From Patescibacteria group bacterium (lineage in GTDB: Bacteria > Patescibacteriota > Patescibacteriia > Magasanikbacterales > GWA2-37-8), in NCBI GenBank assembly GCA_041661385.1, contig JBAZUP010000001.1, positions 81,692-145,691 on the forward strand: a stretch of DNA of 64,000 nt, read 5' to 3'. Below, piece by piece: positions 27,815-36,608 of this stretch. Below the pieces are notes generated by a model. That model had not been told where the DNA came from and ran no database searches. It saw nothing but the letters and a program-made list of their open reading frames with translations. Both the position numbers and the translations under genes were made by a program. How positions within the stretch are numbered: position 1 is the first letter of the stretch; every line of letters starts with the position of its first letter.

Positions 27815-29879
27815 TTATATAAGAACAACATCTGTTGAGTATAATCAGGCAGTAAAATTAGTTTCTACTACTTTTATTAATGAAACATTTAGAATGTTGT
27901 ATAAATTTGGTAAGTTTCCAAAATTAGACATTCGTACCATTGATGAAAGATGTGGGAAGGTAGATATGACTGCTTATATAAAATCATATGGAAAATGCAT
28001 ATCTTCAATTAAAAGTAGATTATATAAGCTCACTTTTTCCCCCGTCATCAGTGTTTGCATAGCATATAATAATAAACCGTTATTAGATGATTTTGAAAAA
28101 ATTAAATATTCAACTAATAAAAAAAGAAATAATAATGTATTTCGGTCACTAAATTTTTTTATAAGTAGAGCAACGTTTGACGCGACCTACGGTGGATTAT
28201 TTGGTTTTTATTCACATTTTAGATTTGTTTCAAGTCATAATGTGTCGTTTAATAAAAAGTTATTACTTTTTTCGGAAAAGAATAGGTTAGATGTTGATTC
28301 AGTTAAAATATCTAAATCGAATGTTTTTTCATTAAATCCAACGATTGTTATTAGTGAAAATTATGTAATGTATTTCAGATACAAAAAAAATGAGGAGGAA
28401 GTTATCAAGGTCCACAGTAAGGAGGTAGTTCGCTTATTTAAAAAATTAGCAAGTGCAAAATCAAATTTAATTAGCTTGGATGATTTAGAAAACGCAATTA
28501 AATTAACCGGGATTAGGAAGAATTTTGATAATAAATATTATTTATCGTTTGTTAGTAAATTAATAGATTTGGGACTTATCAAGCGAGATCCAATAAGTGT
28601 TAAGAATAAATTATTTAAAAATAGAAGTTTTGATATACCTTTTGAGGCTAAAAGTATAAGAGGCATAAAAGATGAAAAACATAGTATTTATGATCTTTAT
28701 AATGTAAATAATGTATATGTTGAAAATAGTCTAAGTAATGAATTCAAGGCCTCAACATCCATATATTTAAATTTATTAAACCAACAACTACAGTCAATTC
28801 ATAATGAAAAAGTCTATTTAGGCAACATCTTACGTCAATACCTAAAAAATATTAATAAGGATAGGTGCGGCTTGTTAGACTTCGTAGTCGTTTTTAAGGA
28901 CGAAATATTAAATCTTAAAAAATCGCGGGCGAATAATTCGTTTTCTTTTTATGAAAAATTTTTAAATGAAATCAATACTAACAAAAAAGCTGAAGAAGTC
29001 CAGTTTAAAAATATTTTTACACAAAAAAGCGAAGTTAAGAGCGATTTAGAATTTTATCTTTCTGTATGCAAAATTAATAATAAAAACCGAATTTTAATTA
29101 ATTGTATATCCCCGTCGGGTGTTTTAAGTTCTCGATTTGATTATATTCTAAAATCTAAGAGAACCATTTTTCACAGATCGATGTATGAACCTATTGAAGT
29201 TATATTCGAGCCACAAAATATTAATCTTTTTCATTCATTTAGAAGAAATAAATATACAAAATATTTTTTAAATATCAATTGTAATTTAAATAATTTACGT
29301 CAAGAAGTAATAAATGCTAATAGTATTTGTCTTACAATAGGTGAAAGCGGTCTGCCTGTGCTATTCAGCCCAGAAACAAACATGTTTTTTGATCCAGTTG
29401 TCCATTCCACATTATCTGCCGAACATAGTATAATTTTAGTTTTTTTAAGAATGATAAGCCGCTGCCAGGAGGAAATTGACGTCCTGCCACGACTATTGCC
29501 AGATCGGGTAAAGGGTTTAAATTATATTCCACGGGTAGTAGTCGAAAATTTGATAATATCTAAAAGGATTTGGAAAATTGAACTTGTGGAAATTAATATC
29601 ATTAATGGTTCGATACCCAAGTATAATGAGTATTTGTATTTAATGAATTATTTCAAGGTGAGAAAAATTCCACGTTTTGTTACTGTGTTTAGTCCGCTCA
29701 ATGAAAAACAAAAGTTTCTTGATTTGTATAATCCGTTTGCTTTTTTGTTGTTCAAAAAATATAAAAATGAAAAGTATATTTTTTTTGAAGAAATGATGCC
29801 GTCGCCAAACAACGTTAGTGATTTTGATGAAAAAAATAAACATTTTAATCAGTATTTTTTTACTCATCAAATTTCATAA
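27795..29879 (+). CDS. large hypothetical protein (694 aa), possibly LanB N-terminal-like
   Basis: size and position upstream of rSAM and LanB-C-like gene; no diagnostic motif verified. Confidence 0.35.
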   Translation: MRVKNHDYIRTTSVEYNQAVKLVSTTFINETFRMLYKFGKFPKLDIRTIDERCGKVDMTAYIKSYGKCISSIKSRLYKLTFSPVISVCIAYNNKPLLDDFEKIKYSTNKKRNNNVFRSLNFFISRATFDATYGGLFGFYSHFRFVSSHNVSFNKKLLLFSEKNRLDVDSVKISKSNVFSLNPTIVISENYVMYFRYKKNEEEVIKVHSKEVVRLFKKLASAKSNLISLDDLENAIKLTGIRKNFDNKYYLSFVSKLIDLGLIKRDPISVKNKLFKNRSFDIPFEAKSIRGIKDEKHSIYDLYNVNNVYVENSLSNEFKASTSIYLNLLNQQLQSIHNEKVYLGNILRQYLKNINKDRCGLLDFVVVFKDEILNLKKSRANNSFSFYEKFLNEINTNKKAEEVQFKNIFTQKSEVKSDLEFYLSVCKINNKNRILINCISPSGVLSSRFDYILKSKRTIFHRSMYEPIEVIFEPQNINLFHSFRRNKYTKYFLNINCNLNNLRQEVINANSICLTIGESGLPVLFSPETNMFFDPVVHSTLSAEHSIILVFLRMISRCQEEIDVLPRLLPDRVKGLNYIPRVVVENLIISKRIWKIELVEINIINGSIPKYNEYLYLMNYFKVRKIPRFVTVFSPLNEKQKFLDLYNPFAFLLFKKYKNEKYIFFEEMMPSPNNVSDFDEKNKHFNQYFFTHQIS

Positions 29880-29882
29880 TTT

Positions 29883-31253
29883 ATGGATGTCTCAAATATA
29901 AACAAATATAGTCTCAGAACATTGTTATCTCAACTATACAGTTGTGATGATTTTTTTATGGTCAGAGATATTTTAAGAATTATAATGATAAATAAAAAAA
30001 ATAATGAAATGATTTTCAAATCAATTAATAAAGTCGGGATAAAAAAAGAAAATAAGGATAAAATTTTAAAATTAAATAATAAATTAAAAAATACACCTGA
30101 CGTACATCTCAAATTTGATGGAGCGGTAATTTTTTATAAGCACATCTCTCCCGGTTGTGAGCATTGTGTTGTAGATATGGGCTGTACCATAAGGCCATCA
30201 ATCCAATGTAATAGAAATTGTTTTTTTTGTTTTGTAGACGATTCACCCATAACAAAAAAGATTAAACCCGATTTGGTTTCGATTAAAAAAATCATTAAGA
30301 ATCGATTTAAAGAAGAAAAATTTCAATCATTTGCGATTAGTGGAGGAGAGCCGTTTTTATATCCGGAAGAAGTTTTTGAGATTTTGCGATTTGTCAATAA
30401 TGAATTTGGAAGCAGTGTTTACACAAGAGTTTATACCAACGGAGATTTAGTTAATGAAAATATCTTGATTAAATTAAAAGAGTTAAAACTTAATGAAATT
30501 AGATTTAGTGTGAAGCCGCTTGAAGAGCCGAAAACGTCTTTATTAAAATGTGCAAAAAGGTATATTCCAACTGTTTTAATTGAAATGCCGGTACTTCCAA
30601 ATTCAGAAAAGTTTATGAAAAAATTAATTTTAAAGTTGGATAAAATCGGAATTGATGGAATAAATTTATTAGAATTATTTTATAATGGTCACAACTCGGA
30701 AATATTTAAAAAAAGGCATTACAAAATTGACATAACTGAAAGTGAGATTAGAAAAATTTATAACTCCAAACCAGTTTTTGAATATCCAATATATGGAAGT
30801 CGGGCGCTTTGTCTTAAATTACTCAAATATTTTTCCGATGCTAAATTGGGAATGTTTATTAATTTTTGTTCACAAAAAACCAAGCAGCTTCAATATGACC
30901 GGCGGCAAAAAAAAGTCGCTAGTGAAAATATGACGCCTTTTTCTATAATTACACCGGTTAGCACACATGAGGTATTAGCAATATATTCGGATTTAGAAAT
31001 GATTGAAAAAAAATTGAAAAACTTAGGAATAAAGGAGTATTTAGTTAGGAAAGATAAAAATATTAGTTTGAGAATTGAGACCAGCGTTACAAATATCGGA
31101 ATTTTTAGAAAAGAAAATATTTCTTTAGTCAAATTATATAGAGATCCTAGCAATACTTACGACATCGGTTTTAAGGTTATTAAAATCAAAAAAAATAAAG
31201 ATATAAATACAAATGTATCTGAACTGATTGACAACTTCAAAAAATATGTCTAA
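29883..31253 (+). CDS. radical SAM protein with extra N-terminal Cys cluster
   Basis: CNRNCFFC (CxxxCxxC) preceded by CEHCVVDMGC; glycine-rich SAM motif FAISGGEPFLYPE; ~90-aa N-terminal extension; no SPASM Cys set. Confidence 0.8.
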   Translation: MDVSNINKYSLRTLLSQLYSCDDFFMVRDILRIIMINKKNNEMIFKSINKVGIKKENKDKILKLNNKLKNTPDVHLKFDGAVIFYKHISPGCEHCVVDMGCTIRPSIQCNRNCFFCFVDDSPITKKIKPDLVSIKKIIKNRFKEEKFQSFAISGGEPFLYPEEVFEILRFVNNEFGSSVYTRVYTNGDLVNENILIKLKELKLNEIRFSVKPLEEPKTSLLKCAKRYIPTVLIEMPVLPNSEKFMKKLILKLDKIGIDGINLLELFYNGHNSEIFKKRHYKIDITESEIRKIYNSKPVFEYPIYGSRALCLKLLKYFSDAKLGMFINFCSQKTKQLQYDRRQKKVASENMTPFSIITPVSTHEVLAIYSDLEMIEKKLKNLGIKEYLVRKDKNISLRIETSVTNIGIFRKENISLVKLYRDPSNTYDIGFKVIKIKKNKDINTNVSELIDNFKKYV

Positions 31254-32058
31254 AAAAATATATCGGAACAAAGGTTGCGTAAAAATATCTAGCTGGATAC
31301 AATTAAGAATTACAAATTGTAAGTTCGGTGATGATTATATTTTAGGGGACCTTTCAAAATATTTGGAAATATTAAGAAACAAAAAACAAATAAAATCTTG
31401 GTTTTTTTTAAATAAAAATGATTCAATCCTGCTAAAAATTGAATCTGCTGATAAGTATTCGAATAAATTTTTGGATGTAATTAAATATTTAAAGCAAAAT
31501 GGTCCTCGGATTAATGTCACCACAGAACCATTTGAACCTGAGATTTTTCAGTTCGGTGGTAAAACTGGGTGGGCTGTAGCTTCAAAATATTTCAACTCTA
31601 TTTCAGTATTGTCTATTAAATCAATTAAATCTAAAATAACGAATATAAACGCCGCCATTGTTTTGGTATTTGATTTGCTGATGAGAAATAATTCTGACTC
31701 GTTTGAGGTTTGGGATATTATGCAGAGGTTGATGATAATAAGGGGAGTTTCTCAAGATTATTCCTCTGCCGGTATTGAGAAAAATACAATATATCAAAAT
31801 ATTAACACATTATTTAATAAGCCCGATAAATTTTATCTCGAAACATTTAAAAATACAAAAATGATTAAGGAAGTTGTAGCAGCCAGTAAATATTGCCTAC
31901 GAGAACTTAAAAAAAATGAACGTTCATTAATCTTTTCGCACAGGAAAATATTACCTTATTATGTAATATTTATTTTTAATATGTTGCTGATTTCTGAGAG
32001 TGAGCAAAAAGATATTATAAAATCAATGTCTGTTTTGTGTAATCCTGGAAAATATTAA
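31228..32058 (+). CDS. LanB C-terminal (SpaB_C / thiopeptide-type bacteriocin biosynthesis)-like domain protein
   Basis: SWFFLNKNDSILLKIE resembles the WFF-x5-D-x2-L-x-L block and FEPEIFQFGG resembles the YxPExxRYGG block recalled for Lant_dehydr_C; alternative start ATG 31246. Confidence 0.4.
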   Translation: MTTSKNMSKKIYRNKGCVKISSWIQLRITNCKFGDDYILGDLSKYLEILRNKKQIKSWFFLNKNDSILLKIESADKYSNKFLDVIKYLKQNGPRINVTTEPFEPEIFQFGGKTGWAVASKYFNSISVLSIKSIKSKITNINAAIVLVFDLLMRNNSDSFEVWDIMQRLMIIRGVSQDYSSAGIEKNTIYQNINTLFNKPDKFYLETFKNTKMIKEVVAASKYCLRELKKNERSLIFSHRKILPYYVIFIFNMLLISESEQKDIIKSMSVLCNPGKY

Positions 32059-32089
32059 AAAGTCGATTTAAAAATTCCAAATTATATTA

Positions 32090-32122
32090 AAAAAATCCGG
32101 GCATAAATACCCGGATTTTTTC
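32090..32122. terminator. bidirectional intrinsic terminator
   Basis: A-run, atccggg..cccggat hairpin, T-run. Confidence 0.6.
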
Positions 32123-32134
32123 TTACTATTGTAA

Positions 32135-32248
32135 TTAGTGACCGGAAGTTGTGTTGGATGTATTTTTCACTTTTTCGTATATAATTTCCATGTCTACTTT
32201 TAGTTCTTTCTCGAGTTCCTGTTCTAAATTTTTTACTTCTTTTTTCAT
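32135..32248 (-). CDS. small ORF (37 aa) with Ser/Thr-rich C-terminus; candidate precursor-like peptide
   Basis: MKKEVKNLEQELEKELKVDMEIIYEKVKNTSNTTSGH; convergent to AT-rich operon; driven by consensus promoter; not in ORF track. Confidence 0.3.
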   Translation of the reverse strand: MKKEVKNLEQELEKELKVDMEIIYEKVKNTSNTTSGH

Positions 32249-32290
32249 AATGAAATCAGTTATATTTTTTATAAAATCGACCTTTGATTA

Positions 32291-32318
32291 ATTATAGTAA
32301 AAAATGGGACTTTGTCAA
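32291..32318 (-). promoter_or_regulatory. consensus sigma70 promoter TTGACA-16-TATAAT (minus strand)
   Basis: revcomp of tgtcaa (32313-32318) and attata (32291-32296). Confidence 0.5.
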
Positions 32319-32452
32319 ATTAATAGTAATAAATCGTAATATTTATCGTTTTGATGATTGTCGTAGGTGCATTTGTATTATCGATCAAACCACAATAGGT
32401 CTTTACCAAATTCAAATAATGTGGCAATATTAGAGAACTTATTATAAGGATT

Positions 32453-34312
32453 ATGCTAACCTCAGTACAATTACGCCAAAAATATCTGGAATTTTTCAAA
32501 ATAAAGGGTCACGCCATTATTGCGTCAGCGTCTCTAATTCCAAATAATGACCCCTCCGTATTGTTTACAACTGCCGGCATGCACCCCTTGGTGCCCTATC
32601 TTTTGGGTCAAAAACACCCCGCCGGAAAAAGATTGGCAAACGCCCAAAAATGTGTCCGTACGGGAGATATTGATGAAACCGGTGACAATCGCCATCTGAC
32701 ATTTTTTGAGATGCTTGGTAATTGGTCTCTAGGTGATTATTTTAAAGAAGAAGCGATTCGCTGGAGCTGGGAATTTCTTACTTCACCCGAGTGGCTTCGT
32801 TTGGATAAAAGAAAAATAGCAGTATCAGTATTTGCCGGCGATAAGGAAATGGGTATTCCACAAGATGATGAAGCTGCTAATATTTGGAAATCAGCTGGTG
32901 TTCCCGAAGAGCGAATTGCGTATTTAGGAAAAGACAATAATTGGTGGCCAGCCGGTGGAAAGATGCCTGGTCCACAAGGCCCTGATACGGAGATGTTTTA
33001 CTGGGCGGGTGAAGCCGAATTGCCGCCACCAGGCAGCAATCCTCGCACCGACGAAGCAAGCTGGCTCGAAATCTGGAATGATGTATTCATGCAGTTTAAT
33101 AAAAGTGCCGACGGCGAGTATGTGCAGCTGGAACAGAAAAATGTGGATACCGGCATGGGCCTCGAGCGTACCCTCAAAGTTTTAAATGGCTATGCGGATG
33201 TTTTTCAAACCGATACTTTTTGGCCGCTCATTGAAAGCATTCAGGGCATGTGCCAGCATTCATACATTGAAGGTGGAAAAACAACGAAGGCGATGCGAAT
33301 AATCGCTGATCATTTGCGTACAGCGACGTTTATTATGGGAGATGATAGCGGAATTACCCCCAGCAATACTGATCAGGGATATATTGTTCGTCGCCTAATT
33401 CGCCGGGCGGTTCGCTACGGACGAATGTTGAATATTAAGGGCGATTTTACCGTTGCGATTGCCAAAAAAATTATAGAGATATTTAAGGATGCTTATCCGG
33501 AATTAAATCGTAATAAAGAATTTATTTTCAATGAGCTCGCCGGTGAAGAGAATAAATTTACCAACACAGTTGAGCAGGGCTTGAAGGAATTTGAAAAATT
33601 ATTGAATAGTTATCGTGTTTCATTTGAAAAAACCGGAAATGTTATAAAAGAAATTTCCGGAAAGCATGCTTTTAAGTTATATGATACTTATGGTTTTCCG
33701 CTAGAAATGACCCAGGAACTCGCGCTTGAAAATGCTCTTCAAGTGGATGTAGCCGGTTTTCAAGATCAATTTATAAAACATCAGGAAACCTCACGGGCCG
33801 GCGCAGAACAAAAATTTGCCGGTGGTCTAGCGGATCACAGTGAAATGGCTACTAAATATCATACCGCCACTCATTTGTTACATGCCGCCCTGCAAAAAGT
33901 TTTGGGTAAACATGCTACTCAACGGGGGAGTAATATTACTGCGGAGCGAATGCGCTTTGATTTTAGTCATCCGCAGAAAATGACAGCTGAAGAAGTAAAA
34001 ACTGTTGAAGACCTGGTCAACGCCGCAATTACCAAAGATTATCAGGTTACGTATAAAGAAATGAGTTTTGCGGAAGCGAAGAAAAAAGGTGCAATCGGTT
34101 TATTTGAAGATAAATATTTGGATAAAGTAAAAGTTTATACTGTAGGCGACCCAGAACAGTCAGCCACCGCCGACCCAAACACTCCGACCTTTAGTCGTGA
34201 GGTTTGTGGCGGGCCGCATGTGGAGCATACTGCCACGCTTGGTAAATTTAAAATAACAAAAGAAGAAGCGGTTAGCTCGGGAGTTCGAAGAATTAAAGCT
34301 GTTTTAGAATAG
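32453..34312 (+). CDS. alaS: alanine--tRNA ligase, short form lacking C-terminal C-Ala/DHHA1 domain
   Basis: class II aaRS catalytic core, tRNA-recognition and editing domain (HTATHLLHAAL...GGPHVEHTATLG) but only 619 aa. Confidence 0.85.
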   Translation: MLTSVQLRQKYLEFFKIKGHAIIASASLIPNNDPSVLFTTAGMHPLVPYLLGQKHPAGKRLANAQKCVRTGDIDETGDNRHLTFFEMLGNWSLGDYFKEEAIRWSWEFLTSPEWLRLDKRKIAVSVFAGDKEMGIPQDDEAANIWKSAGVPEERIAYLGKDNNWWPAGGKMPGPQGPDTEMFYWAGEAELPPPGSNPRTDEASWLEIWNDVFMQFNKSADGEYVQLEQKNVDTGMGLERTLKVLNGYADVFQTDTFWPLIESIQGMCQHSYIEGGKTTKAMRIIADHLRTATFIMGDDSGITPSNTDQGYIVRRLIRRAVRYGRMLNIKGDFTVAIAKKIIEIFKDAYPELNRNKEFIFNELAGEENKFTNTVEQGLKEFEKLLNSYRVSFEKTGNVIKEISGKHAFKLYDTYGFPLEMTQELALENALQVDVAGFQDQFIKHQETSRAGAEQKFAGGLADHSEMATKYHTATHLLHAALQKVLGKHATQRGSNITAERMRFDFSHPQKMTAEEVKTVEDLVNAAITKDYQVTYKEMSFAEAKKKGAIGLFEDKYLDKVKVYTVGDPEQSATADPNTPTFSREVCGGPHVEHTATLGKFKITKEEAVSSGVRRIKAVLE

Positions 34313-34320
34313 TTTGAAAC

Positions 34321-34680
34321 TGTGGGGGAGGGGTGGTAAAACACAGTTGCCCTCCCGTAAAGATTACGAAAGCGGCAAACAGCGACAGAGGCGACGAGCG
34401 ATCTCGTCTGGTTTTCCGGGGCAAAAAGGACCGGTGACATAAAGCATTATGGCGGAGAGAATCTCCACCAGCGTGATCTCCTTGGTTGACATCATGACCT
34501 GCATGATCGTTTCGTCAGGATACTGGCGAAACTGTCCAAACCAGACAAATCCGGCGAGCGCACCAACTTTTTCCTCCTCATTTCTGGAAGATTCGATTTC
34601 TTCGCGTAGCTTTGTTGCTAGATCCGGACACGACATACGACATGCCATGTTTGCCTCCGTTTTTACACCACCCCCACAAT
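34321..34680. other. GC-rich cassette flanked by imperfect inverted repeats TGTGGGGGAGGGGTGGT / ACCACCCCCACA
   Basis: IRs at 34322-34338 and 34664-34680 enclose one minus-strand SD-bearing ORF; GC ~52% vs ~38% flanks. Confidence 0.3.
34364..34648 (-). CDS. hypothetical small Cys-containing protein (GC-rich, GGAGG SD)
   Basis: 94 aa MACRMSCPD...CPGKPDEIARRLCRC; strong SD 6 nt upstream. Confidence 0.4.
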   Translation of the reverse strand: MACRMSCPDLATKLREEIESSRNEEEKVGALAGFVWFGQFRQYPDETIMQVMMSTKEITLVEILSAIMLYVTGPFCPGKPDEIARRLCRCLPLS

Positions 34681-34730
34681 TTCAAAGAACAAATAATAGT
34701 ACTCTTTTTTATAAAATTGTCAATCGTCTC

Positions 34731-35174
34731 ATGACCAACAAAATTATACTCCTGCTCTGGAACTCACGCAAGGAATTTGTCAAATACTTTACTATCGGCA
34801 TTAGCGCATTTATTGCGGATGTTGGATGTTTATTTGTTTTAAAAGAATTTTTTGGATTACCGGCAACTCTTGCGGTAATTATCTATCAGCCGTTTATCGT
34901 TTATGGAGTTTTCTATTTAAACAAACACTGGTCATTTCAAGCTGGGGGTATTACTCATCGCCAGATAATTCGTTTTATTATCTTGACCGCCGCAAATTAT
35001 GGTATTTCTATTGTTTGGATGTATTTTGCTCATGACCGGATGGGGATTCAATATTTAATCGCTCGAACGCTAAATATTGCGTTATCGGTCGCTTGGAATT
35101 TTCTTTTGTATAAATATTGGGTATATCAGGAAAACCTTGAAAATGCCGAAAAAACGCCAGTTCAAGCCAAGTAG
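34731..35174 (+). CDS. GtrA family membrane protein
   Basis: 4-TM ~147 aa with FVKYFTIGISAFIADVGCLFVL pattern; tool ORF 34449 trimmed to ATG 34731 beyond the inserted cassette. Confidence 0.6.
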   Translation: MTNKIILLLWNSRKEFVKYFTIGISAFIADVGCLFVLKEFFGLPATLAVIIYQPFIVYGVFYLNKHWSFQAGGITHRQIIRFIILTAANYGISIVWMYFAHDRMGIQYLIARTLNIALSVAWNFLLYKYWVYQENLENAEKTPVQAK

Positions 35175-35194
35175 ACGAGGTTAACGGTCAACTA

Positions 35195-35223
35195 TTGACT
35201 TATTTATTCAAGTGGGCTATAAT
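35195..35223 (+). promoter_or_regulatory. sigma70-type promoter TTGACT-17-TATAAT upstream of infA
   Basis: consensus hexamers. Confidence 0.5.
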
Positions 35224-35246
35224 AGTGCCCAGTAAAGAAAAAATTA

Positions 35247-35465
35247 ATGCCAAAAGATAAAGACATCATCGAACTAGACGGCGTGGTAGAGGATTTACTT
35301 CCGGCCGCGACTTTCCGAGTAAAATTGGAAAGTGGCCAGGTTATCATCGCCCACCTCGCGGGTAAGATGCGTCTGAATAAAATCAGGCTCACATTGTCCG
35401 ATCGGGTACGAGTCGAAATGACTCCCTACGATCTGACCAAAGGAAGAATTACCTTCCGTTATTAA
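35247..35465 (+). CDS. infA: translation initiation factor IF-1
   Basis: 72 aa S1-like OB fold [43 protein letters not shown]. Confidence 0.9.
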   Translation: MPKDKDIIELDGVVEDLLPAATFRVKLESGQVIIAHLAGKMRLNKIRLTLSDRVRVEMTPYDLTKGRITFRY

Positions 35466-35573
35466 CAAAATTCTAATAAATACTAACCGGTGCGGTGGAG
35501 CTCGATGAAAGATTGAGCGCTGATATCGCGGCAGTGGTTGGTATTTTTTCATTACAAATTTAAAAAACAGCGT

Positions 35574-35687
35574 ATGAAAGTACGAGCATCAGTAAAGAAA
35601 ATTTGTTTAAAGTGTAAAATTGTCCGCCGCAATAGAACCTTGCGCGTGATTTGTGAAACCAAAAAACACAAACAAAGACAAGGTTAA
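35574..35687 (+). CDS. rpmJ: 50S ribosomal protein L36
   Basis: [37 protein letters not shown] (C..C..C..H zinc ribbon); not in ORF track. Confidence 0.85.
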   Translation: MKVRASVKKICLKCKIVRRNRTLRVICETKKHKQRQG

Positions 35688-35708
35688 TTTTAATGTTATT
35701 ATAAGTTT

Positions 35709-36095
35709 ATGCGTATCTCTGGTATAAATATTCCTAAGGAGAAAAAGATCGAGTTCAGTCTGCGATACCTTTATGGTATCGGACCAACTCTCGCAAGAAA
35801 AGTATTGGCCGCCGCTCGAATTGACGGAAATATTCGTACAAAAGATTTAACCAACGAACAAGAAGATTCTCTTCGAGCGATTGTAGAAAAAACCTACAAA
35901 ACAGAAGGTGATTTACGCCGTGAAGTTCAATCCAATATTAAAGCCATGAAAGATATCAAATGTTTCCGCGGTATTCGCCACATGAAGCATTTGCCGGTTC
36001 GTGGTCAACGCACCAAGACCAACTCCCGCACTGTCCGTGGTAATGTCCGCAAGACTGCTGTCAGCGGTAAGAAGCCATCCGGCCTCAAAACATAA
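35709..36095 (+). CDS. rpsM: 30S ribosomal protein S13
   Basis: MRISGINIPKEKKIEFSLRYLYGIGPTLA. Confidence 0.95.
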   Translation: MRISGINIPKEKKIEFSLRYLYGIGPTLARKVLAAARIDGNIRTKDLTNEQEDSLRAIVEKTYKTEGDLRREVQSNIKAMKDIKCFRGIRHMKHLPVRGQRTKTNSRTVRGNVRKTAVSGKKPSGLKT

Positions 36096-36128
36096 ATAGA
36101 TTTTTGAACTACCAATTACTAGAAAATT

Positions 36129-36584
36129 ATGACTGAACAAACTAAACCTATCGCTCCAGCTGTTGCCGCCGCTCCAAAAGGCGAGGCAGTTAAAGGCGAA
36201 AAAGTTGTAAAAGCCAAAAAGCGTAAAGTTGTGAGACAAGTTCCGAGAGCTAATGCTTATATTCAGGCGACTTATAACAATACCATTTTGACGATTACTG
36301 ATCCGAACGGCGCCGCACTAGGCTGGTCTTCTTCGGGCAGTACCGGTTTTAAGGGTCCAAAGAAGGCGACTCCTTATGCTGCTAGCGTAGTAGTAAAAGA
36401 TCTAATGACTAAAGTTGCCGATTACGGAGTTAAGGAAGTTAATGTTTTTATAAAAGGCATCGGCGGTGGACGTGAAAGTGCGATCCGCGCTCTTCACTCC
36501 AACGGTCTTAATGTGCTCCAAATTACTGATCTTACTCCGATCCCACACAATGGCTGCCGTCCGCCAAAGCGCAGACGCGTATAA
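36129..36584 (+). CDS. rpsK: 30S ribosomal protein S11
   Basis: AYIQATYNNTILTITDPNGAALGWSSSG...GCRPPKRRRV. Confidence 0.9.
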   Translation: MTEQTKPIAPAVAAAPKGEAVKGEKVVKAKKRKVVRQVPRANAYIQATYNNTILTITDPNGAALGWSSSGSTGFKGPKKATPYAASVVVKDLMTKVADYGVKEVNVFIKGIGGGRESAIRALHSNGLNVLQITDLTPIPHNGCRPPKRRRV

Positions 36585-36608
36585 TTTTCATGAATATACT
36601 ATACATAT

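Noticed and set aside
35466-35573. Possible third, degenerate copy of the structured 3' element after infA (AACCGGTGCGGTGGAGCTCG...GGTATTTTTT)
   Set aside because: Only a short core resembles the element and the paired stems could not be reconstructed; mentioned under the element finding but not annotated.
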